Below, piece after piece: positions 35,935 through 37,282 of a DNA stretch of 37,282 nt. Position numbers and translations under genes: made by a program. The DNA comes from a virus. The DNA is taken from IMG/VR virus record IMGVR_UViG_3300045988_124612. One strand, given 5' to 3'. Below the pieces are notes generated by a model. It had not been told where the DNA came from. It worked only from the letters and a program-made list of their open reading frames with translations, and did no database searches. Every line of letters starts with the position of its first letter. Positions within the stretch are counted from its first letter, which is position 1.

Positions 35935-37131
35935 ATGGGTACTCATAAAAAACGTGGTAACGGAGAAGGTACTATATTCAAAAGAGAAATAAACGGTAAG
36001 ACTTTTTGGGTTACAGAATACACTATAGCAATGTATGATGAGAAAACCGGTAAAAGAAAAAGAAAAACCATATATGGAAAAACACGTCAAGAAGTAAAAA
36101 ACAAATTAGAAAAAGTAATAACAGAATTAAATACAGATACTTACGTAGATAAATCAAAAGTAAAATTTAAGGATATAGCAAAAGAATTTATAGATACTGG
36201 TTATAAATTAAATAAATTAAAAGAATCATCTTATAAAAGAAAATTACTCACATTAAAAGAAATTGAAACGCATTATATGGCAAATATGGAATTGCAAAAA
36301 ATAACGGAAAATGATTTAAAAGACTTCTTTATATATATTACTAAATACTCTAATTCTGTTATTGCTAAAATTTATGGAATTGTAAATCAGACATTTAAAA
36401 TTGCAGTTAGAAGAAATATATTAAGATATAACTTTTTAGATGATCAGATAGAATTTTCAATACCTTTTTCTAATATTAAAGATAAAAAAATAACTGCTTT
36501 TACTATCGAAGAACAGCAGCAATTTGTAGAAGCAATTAGTCAAGATACAAAATACAGATATAGGTATCAGTTTCTATTAAGTTTATTTACTGGTATGAGA
36601 ATGGGCGAAATAAACGCCTTAGATGTAGACGATGTAGACTTTGAAAATAAAATTATTCATATACGAAGAACTATAACACGTGGGTTAGATGAAAGGGCTA
36701 AACTAGGATCATATACTAAGACAGTAAATGGCGTAAGAGATATTATAATGGATAAACAAGTAGAATATATATTAAAAGATTATTTATCTACTTTATATGT
36801 AGAAAATGATTTACATTTATTATTCTGCAACTCTAAGAAACAATGTATAAGTACAGATACTACAAATATGATGTTTAAGTATATTTGTGAACAATATAAC
36901 ATAGGTAAAGGCTTTAAATTACACCAACACATGCTAAGGCATACATTTGCAACTAGATGTATTGAATCTGGTATGCCCGCTTCTGTATTAGCCAAAATAA
37001 TGGGACACGCCAACGTATCTACTACATTAAATGTATATTGTGAAGTGTTTGACAAATTCAAACAAACTCATATAGATATGTCATACGAATACCTAGAAAA
37101 GAACAACCTTGTTGTTAATTTTAAAAAATAA
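35935..37131 (+). CDS. int: Tyrosine recombinase / phage integrase (track ORF 35860-37131; likely true start at 35935 after GGAGG)
   Basis: FLLSLFTGMRMGEINALDVDDVD, HMLRHTFATRCIESGMPASVLAKIMGHANVSTTLNVY catalytic R/HxxR/Y; N-terminal AP2-like YTIAMYDEKTGKRKRKTIYGKTRQEVKNKL. Confidence 0.95.
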   Translation: MGTHKKRGNGEGTIFKREINGKTFWVTEYTIAMYDEKTGKRKRKTIYGKTRQEVKNKLEKVITELNTDTYVDKSKVKFKDIAKEFIDTGYKLNKLKESSYKRKLLTLKEIETHYMANMELQKITENDLKDFFIYITKYSNSVIAKIYGIVNQTFKIAVRRNILRYNFLDDQIEFSIPFSNIKDKKITAFTIEEQQQFVEAISQDTKYRYRYQFLLSLFTGMRMGEINALDVDDVDFENKIIHIRRTITRGLDERAKLGSYTKTVNGVRDIIMDKQVEYILKDYLSTLYVENDLHLLFCNSKKQCISTDTTNMMFKYICEQYNIGKGFKLHQHMLRHTFATRCIESGMPASVLAKIMGHANVSTTLNVYCEVFDKFKQTHIDMSYEYLEKNNLVVNFKK

Positions 37132-37220
37132 TTTACAGCCACCGTTACAGCCTTGCATAAAAATTTCAAAATATTTTGTATTTATTTTAAAATATATTGA
37201 AAATTGAAAAAGTAGTAATA

Positions 37221-37273
37221 TATAGTGTTTGACATACTTTGAAATAAAATCAAAATATGTTCAAATCACTATA
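37221..37273. other. Imperfect inverted repeat just downstream of integrase; possible attP core/arm or bidirectional terminator
   Basis: TATAGTGTTTGACATACTTTGA - aataaaa - TCAAAATATGTTCAAATCACTATA. Confidence 0.4.
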
Positions 37274-37282
37274 TTTAGGCTG

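Noticed and set aside
1-37282. CRISPR arrays, tRNA or rRNA genes
   Set aside because: None recognised by eye; tRNAscan or a CRISPR finder would be needed for a firm negative.

Overview
The window is an almost complete AT-rich, HK97-type siphovirus prophage of a Firmicute. Nearly all genes run on the minus strand. From right to left: tyrosine integrase and a CI/Cro-like switch, early/replication genes, ArpU-like late regulator, HNH nuclease, terminase, portal, protease, capsid, tail genes, receptor-binding module, lysis module.

The standout system is a complete diversity-generating retroelement (DGR) in the receptor-binding region at 3529-6397, on the minus strand. It comprises a phage-encoded target protein with a C-terminal variable repeat (VR, 5552-5648), a 9-bp hairpin just downstream of the VR, an Avd-like gene, a template repeat (TR, 4794-4890) and a reverse transcriptase with a YTDD motif. 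I aligned TR and VR by hand: 97 nt, 13 differences, and all 13 fall on coding-strand adenines of the TR (13 of 26 A; 0 of 71 non-A).

Other notable observations:
(1) A small MutS domain I-like protein next to an XRE regulator near the DGR.
(2) A canonical -1 slippery heptamer A AAA AAC joining the two tail-assembly chaperone ORFs.
(3) An (AC)8 tract at the 5' end of the DNA methyltransferase; one extra unit would fuse an upstream ATG with a Shine-Dalgarno to the gene, suggesting phase variation.
(4) Apparent 1-nt frameshifts in the replication initiator, the ArpU-like regulator and a small membrane protein.
(5) A Spo0A C-terminal-like protein, a YneA-like LysM protein and a PAPS-reductase-family protein among the early genes.
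(6) Exact 17-bp palindromic operator candidates in the lysogeny switch.
(7) A GC-rich cos-like island before the terminase.

All family calls come from reading motifs in the translated sequences; no database search was run.
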